Origin: Micrococcus luteus NCTC 2665 | Lineage (GTDB): Bacteria > Actinomycetota > Actinomycetes > Actinomycetales > Micrococcaceae | Reading direction: 5' to 3' | Assembly (NCBI RefSeq): GCF_000023205.1 | Contig: NC_012803.1 | Span: 2,370,001-2,402,000, forward strand | DNA: 32,000 bases | Part shown: positions 24,349-32,000 of the stretch, one piece after another | Position numbering within the stretch: position 1 is the first letter of the stretch | Layout: each line of letters begins with the position of its first letter | Notes under the pieces: model-generated | Seen by the model: the letters and a program-made list of their open reading frames with translations, nothing else | Told to the model about the DNA's origin: nothing | The model's database searches: none | Position numbers and translations under genes: made by a program

Positions 24349-25584
24349 TCACCCGACCCCGTCCCGCCGCGCCCGCAGCACGATCTCCAGGTCGAACCGC
24401 GCGTCGGGGTCCTCGAGGGCCTCCCCGAACAGCTCGCGCAGCCGGCCCACCCGGTACCCCACGGTCTGGGGGTGCACGCCGAGCTCCGCGGCGATCGGCG
24501 CCCGCTGGCCCCAGTGCGTGAGCCAGGCGAGCAGGGTCTCCTCCAGCACCGCCCGCTTCGCCTCGCTCACCTCGTCCAGGGGCGCCAGCACGCGTTCGGC
24601 CAGCTGCGTCACGACGCGCGGCTCGGCCCCCAGCACCACGCGCGCCAGGTGGTCCGCGGCGAGGATCGGGGACGGGGCGCCGTCGTCGTCCTCCCCCTGC
24701 GCGGGCTCCGCCGTCCGGCCCGCCGCCTCCTGGACGGCCAGCGTGCGGGCCACGCGGTAGGAGTGGGGCACGAGCGGCCAGTCCACGGCCGGCCCGACGA
24801 CGGCGGCCGTCCCCGCCAGCAGGCGCAGCATGCGCTCGCGGCGGCCCTGGGAGGGCGTCGCGTCGATCACGGCGACCACCTCCGAGTCCCGCTCCACCAC
24901 GAGCCCGGCCCGGCCCAGCCTCTCCCGGACGGCGACGCCGGCGTCCGCGGGCAGCACCACCACCGCCAGCCGGCGCGGCAGCCGCCAGTCCGCGAGCGCG
25001 GCCAGCCGTTGCACCTCCTTCTCCTCGGTCCCGCCCCGGACCAGGGCGGTGGCGAGGGCGGCGCGGTGCAGCTCGAGCACGCCCGCCTGGGCGGACTGCG
25101 CCTCCGCGTACGCCTGGGCGCTGACGGAGGAGAGCTCGTCGATGTACGCCCAGATGGACTCGCCCAGCTCGATCACCACGGACATCTCCAGGCCCAGGCG
25201 CGCGCACTCGGCGGAGAGCTCGCGGAACACGATCCGCGCGGAGGTGCGGTACGCGCCGAGCAGGGCGTCCATGGAGCGCCCCTCGCGGAACTCGCCGGCC
25301 CCCAGGCGGGCCATGAGGACGCGGGACTCGCTGTTCAGGGCCGGGCGGGTGGTGCCGGGCAGGCTCATCAGCCGCTCGAGGGCGGTGGTCACGCCGGCGG
25401 TGAGGTTCTCGCCGTAGTGGCCGTCGCGCGCGGCGGCGTAGGCCGGGATCTGGTCCGGGACCGTCTGGATGATGCGCTCCATGATCCCGGGGATCGCCGT
25501 GGCCAGGCGCTCCGCGAGGTCGTCCGGGAGGGACTGCCAGGGCGGGCGCCAGTCGGGGGCGGGGGTGGTCTGCGTCACACTCAA
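24349..25584 (-). CDS. PucR/CdaR family transcriptional regulator
   Basis: C-terminal PucR HTH (TLLAWL....APIAAELGVHPQTVGYRVGRLRELFG). I chose TTG 25584, which has GAGGAG 6 nt upstream. GTG 25578 is an alternative. GC3 collapses upstream of this point. Confidence 0.85.
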   Translation of the reverse strand: MSVTQTTPAPDWRPPWQSLPDDLAERLATAIPGIMERIIQTVPDQIPAYAAARDGHYGENLTAGVTTALERLMSLPGTTRPALNSESRVLMARLGAGEFREGRSMDALLGAYRTSARIVFRELSAECARLGLEMSVVIELGESIWAYIDELSSVSAQAYAEAQSAQAGVLELHRAALATALVRGGTEEKEVQRLAALADWRLPRRLAVVVLPADAGVAVRERLGRAGLVVERDSEVVAVIDATPSQGRRERMLRLLAGTAAVVGPAVDWPLVPHSYRVARTLAVQEAAGRTAEPAQGEDDDGAPSPILAADHLARVVLGAEPRVVTQLAERVLAPLDEVSEAKRAVLEETLLAWLTHWGQRAPIAAELGVHPQTVGYRVGRLRELFGEALEDPDARFDLEIVLRARRDGVG

Positions 25585-25656
25585 TCTTGTCTCCTCGCGA
25601 TGAAGTGATGGCCCAGATCGTACGCTGAAGACGAAGAACTGCGGCATGCCGAGCCA

Positions 25657-25662
25657 TAGACT
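25657..25662 (+). promoter_or_regulatory. Possible -10 element TAGACT giving a leaderless transcript for the reductase gene
   Basis: TAGACT ends 6 nt before ATG 25669. The only SD-like GGAG is 2 nt from the ATG, which is too close. No convincing -35. Confidence 0.25.
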
Positions 25663-25668
25663 GGAGCC

Positions 25669-26721
25669 ATGGTCGGCCCGTCTCTGTTCTCCCGTCTGGC
25701 GTCGACGCTCCTGCACCCGCTCACCCCGCAGGACGTCCTCAGCCTGCTCGACCCCGTGCAATCCTCACGGCAGCTGCGCGGCGTGGTCACCTCCGTGACG
25801 CGCGAGACGCCCGGCACCGCCACCATCGCCTTCCGCCCGGGCCCGGGCTGGCGGGCCCACGACGCCGGCCAGTGGGCCCGCATCGGGGTGGACGTGGACG
25901 GCGTGCGCCAGTGGCGCTCCTACTCGCTCTCCGCTCCCGCGGGCGCCGACCCCGAGATCACGGTGTCCGACATCGGCCTCGTCTCCGGCACGCTCGTGCG
26001 CCGCACGAAGCCCGGCGACGTCCTGTTCCTCGACGTCCCCGAGGGCGACTTCACCCTCCCGGACGAGCCGCGCGCCCTGCTGATGCTCACGGCCGGCTCG
26101 GGCCTGACCCCGGTGATGTCCATGATCCGCACGCTCGTGCCGGCCCGCGCGGACGCCGACGTCGTGCTCATCCACTCCTCCCGCACCCCCGAGGACGCCC
26201 TGTTCCGCGAGGAGCTCGCCGAGCTGGCCGACCAGTTCCCGGGCCTGCGCGTGGTGCACCGCCACACCGCGGACGAGGGCCGCCTGGACCTGTCCTCCCC
26301 CGCCGAGCTCGAGGACCTGTGCCCCGACTGGCGCGACCGGGCGGCCTACGCGTGCGGCCCCGCCGAGTTCCTGGACGACGCCGAGGACCTCTGGCGACGC
26401 GAGGCCGGCGAGGACCTGCGCATCGAGCGCTTCCGCGCGGACTTCGCCGCGGGCGTGGCCGGCGCGGGCGGCCGCGTGGTGTTCGAGCACGCCGACGCCG
26501 AGGCCGACGCCCCCGGTGACGTGCCGCTGCTGATCGTGGCCGAGGAGGCCGGCGTCGCCGCCCCGTCCGGCTGCCGCATGGGCATCTGCCACGCCTGCCT
26601 GACCCCCCTGCGCTCCGGCCAGGTCACCGACCTGCGCTCCGGCGAAGTCCACGGCGAGCCCGGCGAGCTGATCCAGACCTGCGTGAGCGCCGCCGCCGGA
26701 CCCGTGAGCCTCGACCTCTGA
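25669..26721 (+). CDS. Ferredoxin reductase-type oxidoreductase (FAD/NAD-binding plus C-terminal 2Fe-2S), desaturase electron donor (Rv3230c-like)
   Basis: RSYSLS FAD motif, LTAGSGLTP NAD motif, and a C-terminal cluster C..G.C..C (GCRMGICHAC). Lies immediately upstream of the desaturase. Confidence 0.9.
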   Translation: MVGPSLFSRLASTLLHPLTPQDVLSLLDPVQSSRQLRGVVTSVTRETPGTATIAFRPGPGWRAHDAGQWARIGVDVDGVRQWRSYSLSAPAGADPEITVSDIGLVSGTLVRRTKPGDVLFLDVPEGDFTLPDEPRALLMLTAGSGLTPVMSMIRTLVPARADADVVLIHSSRTPEDALFREELAELADQFPGLRVVHRHTADEGRLDLSSPAELEDLCPDWRDRAAYACGPAEFLDDAEDLWRREAGEDLRIERFRADFAAGVAGAGGRVVFEHADAEADAPGDVPLLIVAEEAGVAAPSGCRMGICHACLTPLRSGQVTDLRSGEVHGEPGELIQTCVSAAAGPVSLDL

Positions 26722-26800
26722 CCTCCCGCGCCCCGCGTTCCGGCCGACCGGACCGCGCCCCCGACCTTCCTCCCGCCTCCCGATCCCGAAGGAGCACCTC

Positions 26801-28159
26801 ATGACACAGACCCTCCCGACCACCGATCGCCCCGGCGCCACCGCCCCGGACGACCTGCGCCTGGCCATCCCGGGCACCACGGTGCGCGGCCGCACCGCGC
26901 GCGTCCTGCCCGCGGACCGCCCGGACACCACCAGCTGGGCCCCGCAGGACGCCGGGCGTCCCGCGGAGTCCCCGGCGGACTCCCCCGCCGACGCCGCCAC
27001 CGCCGACGTCGCCCCCCAGACCCCCGACGCCGCCACCCGCCCGGCCGCGAACGCGAAGCCGGGCCTGCTGGGCGAGGTCGGCAGCCCGGCCGTGCGCCCC
27101 CCGGGCGCCGCGCACCTGACGGACGAGCAGGTGGCCGAGCTCGGCCGCGAGCTCGACGCCATCCGCGACGACGTCCTCTCCCGCCGCGGCGCCTCCGACG
27201 CCGCCTACATCCGCCGCGTCATCCGCCTGCAGCGCTGGCTCGAGATCGGCGGCCGCGCCGCCCTGCTGAACGCCAAGCACCCGGCCGCGTTCGTGGCCGG
27301 CACCGCGATGCTCACGGTCGCGAAGATCGTGGAGAACATGGAGATCGGCCACAACGTGCTCCACGGCCAGTGGGACTGGATGCGCGACCCGGACATCCAC
27401 TCCACCACCTGGGAGTGGGACTTCGTGACGCCGTCGCGCGCGTGGCAGAACACCCACAACGACCTGCACCATCGCTGGACCAACGTGATCGGCAAGGACC
27501 GGGACGTGGGCTACAACGTGCTGCGCATGGACGAGTCCGAGCCGTGGCGGCCCCGTCACGTGCTCAACCCCGTGATCAACGCGGGCCTCGCCCCGATCTT
27601 CGAGTGGGGCATCGCCCTGTACGACCTCGAGCTGGACCGCGTGCGGGCCGGCGAGAAGTCCCGCGCGGAGCTGATGACGGACCTGCGCTCGGTGGGCGTG
27701 AAGGCCTCGCGTCAGTTCGCGAAGGACTACGTGGCCACCCCTGCCGTGGCCGAGTTCCTCACCGGCTCCGGGAAGGCGGCGCTGATCGCCGGGCTGCTCG
27801 CCAACGGCCTGCGCAACATCTGGGCGCACTCCGTGATCTTCTGCGGCCACTTCCCCGAGGGCGCCGAGACGTTCTCCGAGGAGATGGTGGACGGGGAGAC
27901 CCGCGGCGACTGGTACGTGCGCCAGATGATCGGCTCCGCGAACATCTCCGGCTCGAAGCTCATGCACTTCATGACCGGCAACCTCTCCCACCAGGTGGAG
28001 CACCACCTGTTCCCGGACCTGCCCTCCAACCGGTACGGCGAGGTGGCGCCGAAAGTCCGCGAGATCTGCGCCCGCTACGGCCTGCCCTACACCACGGGCC
28101 CGCTGCTGAAGCAGGTCGGCTCCGCGTGGAAGAAGGTGTTCCGGCTCGCCCTGCCGTGA
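26801..28159 (+). CDS. desA3: Acyl-CoA (stearoyl-CoA type) membrane fatty acid desaturase, DesA3-like
   Basis: Three His boxes: HNVLHGQW, HNDLHHRW and HQVEHHLFP. From AHLTDEQVAEL onward it aligns with my memory of M. tuberculosis DesA3. GAAGGAG ribosome-binding site 7 nt upstream of ATG 26801. Confidence 0.85.
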   Translation: MTQTLPTTDRPGATAPDDLRLAIPGTTVRGRTARVLPADRPDTTSWAPQDAGRPAESPADSPADAATADVAPQTPDAATRPAANAKPGLLGEVGSPAVRPPGAAHLTDEQVAELGRELDAIRDDVLSRRGASDAAYIRRVIRLQRWLEIGGRAALLNAKHPAAFVAGTAMLTVAKIVENMEIGHNVLHGQWDWMRDPDIHSTTWEWDFVTPSRAWQNTHNDLHHRWTNVIGKDRDVGYNVLRMDESEPWRPRHVLNPVINAGLAPIFEWGIALYDLELDRVRAGEKSRAELMTDLRSVGVKASRQFAKDYVATPAVAEFLTGSGKAALIAGLLANGLRNIWAHSVIFCGHFPEGAETFSEEMVDGETRGDWYVRQMIGSANISGSKLMHFMTGNLSHQVEHHLFPDLPSNRYGEVAPKVREICARYGLPYTTGPLLKQVGSAWKKVFRLALP

Positions 28160-28180
28160 GCCGCTCAGGCGCACGACGAC

Positions 28181-28213
28181 GACGGCGGGAGGGGTGCGTC
28201 CCCTCCCGCCGTC
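28181..28213. terminator. Perfect 14-bp stem / 5-nt loop hairpin between convergent desaturase and malG
   Basis: GACGGCGGGAGGGG (28181-28194) pairs with CCCCTCCCGCCGTC (28200-28213). Confidence 0.55.
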
Positions 28214-28222
28214 ATGGTGGGG

Positions 28223-29224
28223 TCAGCCCTTCACGCCGCCGGCCGTGAGGCCGGAGACGATGTACCGCTGCAGGAAGAGGAACAGCGCCATCACGGGCAG
28301 GGCCGCCAGCACGGCGCCGGCCGCGAACACGCCCCAGTTCTCGGAGCGGGTCTCCGAGACGTAGCCGTAGAGCCCCACCGCGAGCGTCTGCGCGGACGGG
28401 TCCGTGAGCACCACAGAGGCGATCACGAACTCCGAGACCGTGGTGATGAAGGACAGCAGGGCCACCACCGCGAGGATGGGGGTCACCAGGCGCAGGATGA
28501 TCGAGAAGAAGATCCGCGCATGCGAGGCGCCGTCGAGCTTGGCGGCCTCGTCCAGCGAGGGCGGGATGGTGTTGAAGAACCCGTACATCAGGTACGTGTT
28601 CACGCCGAGGGCGCCGCCCAGGTACACGAGGATGAGGCCGAGCTGCGAGCCGATGCCCAGCACGGGCACCAGGTTGCCGATGTAGGTCAGCAGCAGGAAG
28701 ATCGCCACCACCGCGAGCAGCTGCGGGAACATCTGCACCAGCAGCAGCGTCAGCAGCCCCACGCGCCGGCCGGTGAACCGCATGCGGGAGAACGCGTACG
28801 CGGCCAGGGCGCCGAGGAACACCGTCATCACGGACGTGACGATCCCGATCACCATCGTGTTGATGAACCAGCGGCCGAAGGGCCGGTTCGGGTCGTTGAA
28901 CAGGTCCACGTAGTTCTGCCCGCTGAACGAGGAGAACAGCCGGTTCGAGCTGGCCATCGTGCCGGTCGGGTCCAGCGACGCGGAGAGCACGTACAGCAGC
29001 GGGAACAGCGCGAACGCGCTGGCCACCACGCCCACGACGTGGCGCCAGCCCAGCTCCCGCATCCAGCGGCCGAACGAGCGGCGCCGTCGCGGCGGGGCCG
29101 GGTCCTCCCCCCAGCGCAGCGGGTCCGTCTCCTGCTGCGCCAGGGCGGCGGCGAGGGGCGAGGTGGGGGCGGCCGCCTCGGGGGCGCCCGGCCGGGGCCG
29201 GCCGGAATCCTGGGGGATGCTCAC
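28223..29224 (-). CDS. malG: Sugar (maltose/maltodextrin) ABC transporter permease MalG-like
   Basis: EAA loop motif LDEAAKLDGASHARIFFSIILRL. Six TM pattern. Its start overlaps the stop of the upstream permease gene (ATGA-type overlap, 29221-29224). Confidence 0.85.
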   Translation of the reverse strand: MSIPQDSGRPRPGAPEAAAPTSPLAAALAQQETDPLRWGEDPAPPRRRRSFGRWMRELGWRHVVGVVASAFALFPLLYVLSASLDPTGTMASSNRLFSSFSGQNYVDLFNDPNRPFGRWFINTMVIGIVTSVMTVFLGALAAYAFSRMRFTGRRVGLLTLLLVQMFPQLLAVVAIFLLLTYIGNLVPVLGIGSQLGLILVYLGGALGVNTYLMYGFFNTIPPSLDEAAKLDGASHARIFFSIILRLVTPILAVVALLSFITTVSEFVIASVVLTDPSAQTLAVGLYGYVSETRSENWGVFAAGAVLAALPVMALFLFLQRYIVSGLTAGGVKG

Positions 29225-30855
29225 TTGTCGATCTCCTCGAGCGCCTTGGTCTGCCGGAAGCTGATGGCCGAGATGGTGGCCACGATCAGGAAGATCACGA
29301 TGGACAGGGCCGAGGCCAGGCCGTAGTCACGCCCCACCCCGCTGAACGCCGTCTTGTAGACCACCGTGATCAGCAGGTCCGTGGCGCCGATGTTCGAGCC
29401 CGCGTCCGGGAAGCGCGGCCCGCCGCCCGTCAGCATGTAGATGATGTTGAAGTTGTTGAAGTTGAACGCGAACGAGGAGATCAGCAGCGGCGCCACCGAG
29501 ACCAGCAGCAGGGGCAGCTTGATGGCGCGGAAGATGCGCCACGGGCCGGCGCCGTCCATGCGGGCGGCCTCGTCCACGTCCTCGGGCAGCGACTGCAGGG
29601 CGCCCGTGGTCACCAGGAACATGTAGGGGAAGCCCAGCCAGAGGTTCACCACCAGCACGGAGAGCCGGGCCAGCCACGGGTCCGTGAGCCACGGGATGTC
29701 CGCGCCGCCGAAGAACACGTTGTTGACGAAGCCGAACTCCGGGTTGAGCAGACCCGCCCACACGAGGCCGGACAGGAACGCCGGGAACGCGTACGGCAGG
29801 ATCATCATCACCCGGTAGACCTTCTTGCCGCGCATGTCCGCGCGGTTGAAGGCCATCGCCAGCAGCAGCCCGACGGCGAACGTCGTGGCCACGCTCAGGA
29901 ACGCGAACGCGAAGGTCCACACGGTGACCCGGATGAGGGGGTCCCGCAGCTCGGGGTCGGTGAACGCCCGGGTGAAGTTGTCCAGGCCCACGAACACCCG
30001 CCAGCCGGTCTGCAACGTGCTGCCGTCGGCCGCCTGGAACTGGCCCTCGCCGTTGTCCCGGTACTCCGCGCCGCTCTCGAGGTCGGTGAAGGTGTCCCGC
30101 GCCTCGTCGTACTCCAGGCGCGGCGAGTACACGTAGCCGCGCGAGCCGTCACGCGTCTCCAGGGTGCCGTCCGCGGGGTCGTCGCTCAGGGGGACCTTCA
30201 GCTGGGTGACCTGGTCCTGCCGCTGCAGCAGGTCCCCGAACCGCAGGGTGGTGTAGCCCTCCACCCCCACCGGCTCCCCGTCCTGCATGAGGGCCTCGAC
30301 CGGCTCCAGCTCCTGGTCCGCGCCGCCCAGGACGGGCTGGCCGTCCCGCTCGGTGAGGAGGTACAGCTCGCCGCCCTCCTCCAGCACGGTGATGTCGTAC
30401 ACCGGGGACTCCGGCACGCGGATGGAGGAGGATCGCTGGATGATCTCGATCGCCGCGGCCTTGTCCGAGTTGTGCCCGGCGCCGTAGTTCGTGAAGGCGA
30501 TGTAGGAGGAGTAGACCACCACGAACACCTGGAACAGCACCAGGAAGAACAGTCCCGGGGCGAGGTACTTGGCCGGCAGGCCGCCGCGGCGCAGGTAGAT
30601 CCAGTTGATGCCGAGCGTGACCGCCAGGGTCACCGCGAACACCACCCAGTCCCCCGCGGCCGCGAGCTGGAACAGCAGGAACGCCGCGAAGGCGTCCACG
30701 AGCCCCAGCAGGACGATCTTGGTCAGCGTGCCGCCCAGGCCCTCGGGGCCGCGGGAGTCCGCACGACGACGCCGGCCCCGGCCGGTGCGGCGCGCGCCGT
30801 CGTCGAGGTCGACGGCGGTGCCGGACCGGTGCGACGTGGTGGAAGACGAGCTCAT
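29221..30855 (-). CDS. malF: Sugar (maltose/maltodextrin) ABC transporter permease MalF-like with large extracytoplasmic loop
   Basis: 544 aa. A long soluble loop between early TMs, as in MalF. EAA motif VDEAARMDGAGPWRIFRAIKLPLL. Confidence 0.85.
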   Translation of the reverse strand: MSSSSTTSHRSGTAVDLDDGARRTGRGRRRRADSRGPEGLGGTLTKIVLLGLVDAFAAFLLFQLAAAGDWVVFAVTLAVTLGINWIYLRRGGLPAKYLAPGLFFLVLFQVFVVVYSSYIAFTNYGAGHNSDKAAAIEIIQRSSSIRVPESPVYDITVLEEGGELYLLTERDGQPVLGGADQELEPVEALMQDGEPVGVEGYTTLRFGDLLQRQDQVTQLKVPLSDDPADGTLETRDGSRGYVYSPRLEYDEARDTFTDLESGAEYRDNGEGQFQAADGSTLQTGWRVFVGLDNFTRAFTDPELRDPLIRVTVWTFAFAFLSVATTFAVGLLLAMAFNRADMRGKKVYRVMMILPYAFPAFLSGLVWAGLLNPEFGFVNNVFFGGADIPWLTDPWLARLSVLVVNLWLGFPYMFLVTTGALQSLPEDVDEAARMDGAGPWRIFRAIKLPLLLVSVAPLLISSFAFNFNNFNIIYMLTGGGPRFPDAGSNIGATDLLITVVYKTAFSGVGRDYGLASALSIVIFLIVATISAISFRQTKALEEIDK

Positions 30856-30919
30856 AGTTCCTCATCCGGCCCGAGGGCCTGCCGTGGGAGGGGGGTGCGC
30901 GCCGCCCCGGCGCGGGGTC

Positions 30920-30959
30920 GCGGTCCCGTCCGGCGCCCGTGGGCGCCGGACGGGACCGC
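30920..30959 (-). promoter_or_regulatory. Perfect 18-bp stem / 4-nt loop hairpin in the malE-malF intergenic region
   Basis: GCGGTCCCGTCCGGCGCC (30920-30937) pairs with GGCGCCGGACGGGACCGC (30942-30959). Located 23 nt after the malE stop and 65 nt before the malF start. No U-tract. Confidence 0.5.
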
Positions 30960-30981
30960 AGCGGGTCACCGGGTCACCGGA

Positions 30982-32000
30982 TCACTGGCCGATGCGGCCC
31001 TCGATGTCGGAGATCATCTTCTGCCAGGTCTGGACCGGATCGCCCTCACCCTTGATGATGCTCATCTCGGCGCCGCCCCAGAACTCGAAGACCGCTCCCA
31101 TCTCGGGGGCCGCCGGCATGGGGACGCCGTCCTCACCGATCTCGCCGAACGCCTTGACGGTCTCGTCCGAGGCCGCCTTGTCGAAGGAGGCGGTCAGCGC
31201 CGGGGGACGCTTGCCCTCGGCGTAGAGCGCGTCCTGGGCCGCCTCGGTGGAGAGGTAGTTGACCACGAACTCGTTGGCGGCCAGCTGGTTCTCCGACTCC
31301 GAGGAGACGAAGAAGGCGTTGACGCCCACGAAGGGCTGCGCGGGCTGGTCGCCCATGGACGGGATGGCCTCGACCTCGAAGTCGACGCCGGCCGCCTCGG
31401 CCTCCTCGACGTTCCACGGGCCGGTGATGAAGTAGGCCGCGTTGCCTGCGTTGAACTGCTCCTTGGCGATGTCCGCGGTCATGTTCGGGTTCAGCACCCC
31501 GGACTCGCCATACTCCGCCAGCTTCTTGGCGAAGGCCTCGCCCTCGGCGCCGCCCATGGCCAGCGAGCCGGCGTCGTACGAGCCGTCCTCGGCCTGTTCG
31601 AACACGGGGGCGCCCATGGAGGTCTGGAACGGGTACAGGTGGTACGGGTCGCCGTTGACGGCGTCCAGGCCCACCACGAACGGGTACTCGGCCTCGCCGG
31701 CGTCGACGGCCTTCTGGCCCTCGGCGATCATCTCGTCGAAGGAGGCCGGGGTGGACTCGGCCAGCTCGGTGTTGCGCAGGATGGCGATGTTCTCCACGGA
31801 GTACGGCACGCCCCAGGTCTGGCCCTCGTAGGTGACGGCCTGCACGGAGGACTCCACGAAGTCGTCCGCCGCGTCGCCGAGCTCGAGGGGCTCGATGGTG
31901 CCGTTCTGCACGAGCGAGCCGATCCAGTCGTGGGCGCCCACGATCACGTCCGGGCCCTCGCCCGTGGGGGTCTGGGTGATGAAGTCGTCCTTCATCGTGG
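30982..32000 (-). CDS. malE: Maltose/maltodextrin-binding periplasmic (lipo)protein MalE-like, N-terminus beyond the window
   Basis: GPDVIVGAHDWIGSLVQNG and GQTWGVPYSVENIAILRN parallel E. coli MalE GPDIIFWAHDRFGGYAQSG and NGKLIAYPIAVEALSLIYN. The frame is open to the window edge. Confidence 0.85.
   Translation of the reverse strand, partial: TMKDDFITQTPTGEGPDVIVGAHDWIGSLVQNGTIEPLELGDAADDFVESSVQAVTYEGQTWGVPYSVENIAILRNTELAESTPASFDEMIAEGQKAVDAGEAEYPFVVGLDAVNGDPYHLYPFQTSMGAPVFEQAEDGSYDAGSLAMGGAEGEAFAKKLAEYGESGVLNPNMTADIAKEQFNAGNAAYFITGPWNVEEAEAAGVDFEVEAIPSMGDQPAQPFVGVNAFFVSSESENQLAANEFVVNYLSTEAAQDALYAEGKRPPALTASFDKAASDETVKAFGEIGEDGVPMPAAPEMGAVFEFWGGAEMSIIKGEGDPVQTWQKMISDIEGRIGQ

Noticed and set aside
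25585-25761. Longer N-terminal extension of the PucR ORF (ATG 25647 or the track start at 25761)
   Set aside because: GC3 collapses upstream of 25584. The extension would encode FFVFSVRSGPSLH from the AT-richer promoter region and would overlap the divergent promoter. TTG 25584 has a well-spaced GAGGAG.

Overview
High-GC (about 70-75% by eye) actinobacterial, Micrococcales-like chromosomal segment, densely packed with about 30 genes. These are mostly housekeeping or accessory metabolism:
- a siderophore ABC ATPase plus siderophore-interacting reductase
- a glutaminase-STAS fusion coupled to a GNAT
- a GlcD-like FAD oxidase, a thioesterase and a RelP/RelQ-type small alarmone synthetase
- a TetR / ABC-ATPase-like / YhgE-Pip module
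- a PucR regulator divergent from a DesA3-type desaturase and its reductase
- malEFG

Structures worth a second look:
1. An intact 1,486-bp ISL3-family IS with 22-bp inverted repeats and a perfect 8-bp target duplication. It splits a lipoprotein polysaccharide deacetylase exactly at its NodB motif.
2. A single-gene island of about 0.9 kb at roughly 54% GC that carries an orphan NYN-domain (LabA-like) nuclease gene. It has atypical codon usage and its own sigma-A-like promoter, and it overlaps the start of the next native gene.
3. A cluster of DnaA-box-like 9-mers, including a perfect TTGTCCACA, in a non-origin intergenic region.
4. An AT-rich array of alternating half-sites in the tetR / ABC-yhgE divergent promoter, next to an ABC ATPase whose catalytic motifs are all degenerate.
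5. A three-armed repeat able to form two mutually exclusive hairpins.
6. A disrupted GNAT gene and a probable in-frame-deleted DUF1801-like gene.

I found no tRNA, rRNA or CRISPR. I cannot demonstrate a clearly novel multi-gene system from sequence alone. The best candidates are the NYN cassette and the TetR / pseudo-ATPase / fibre-like YhgE module.
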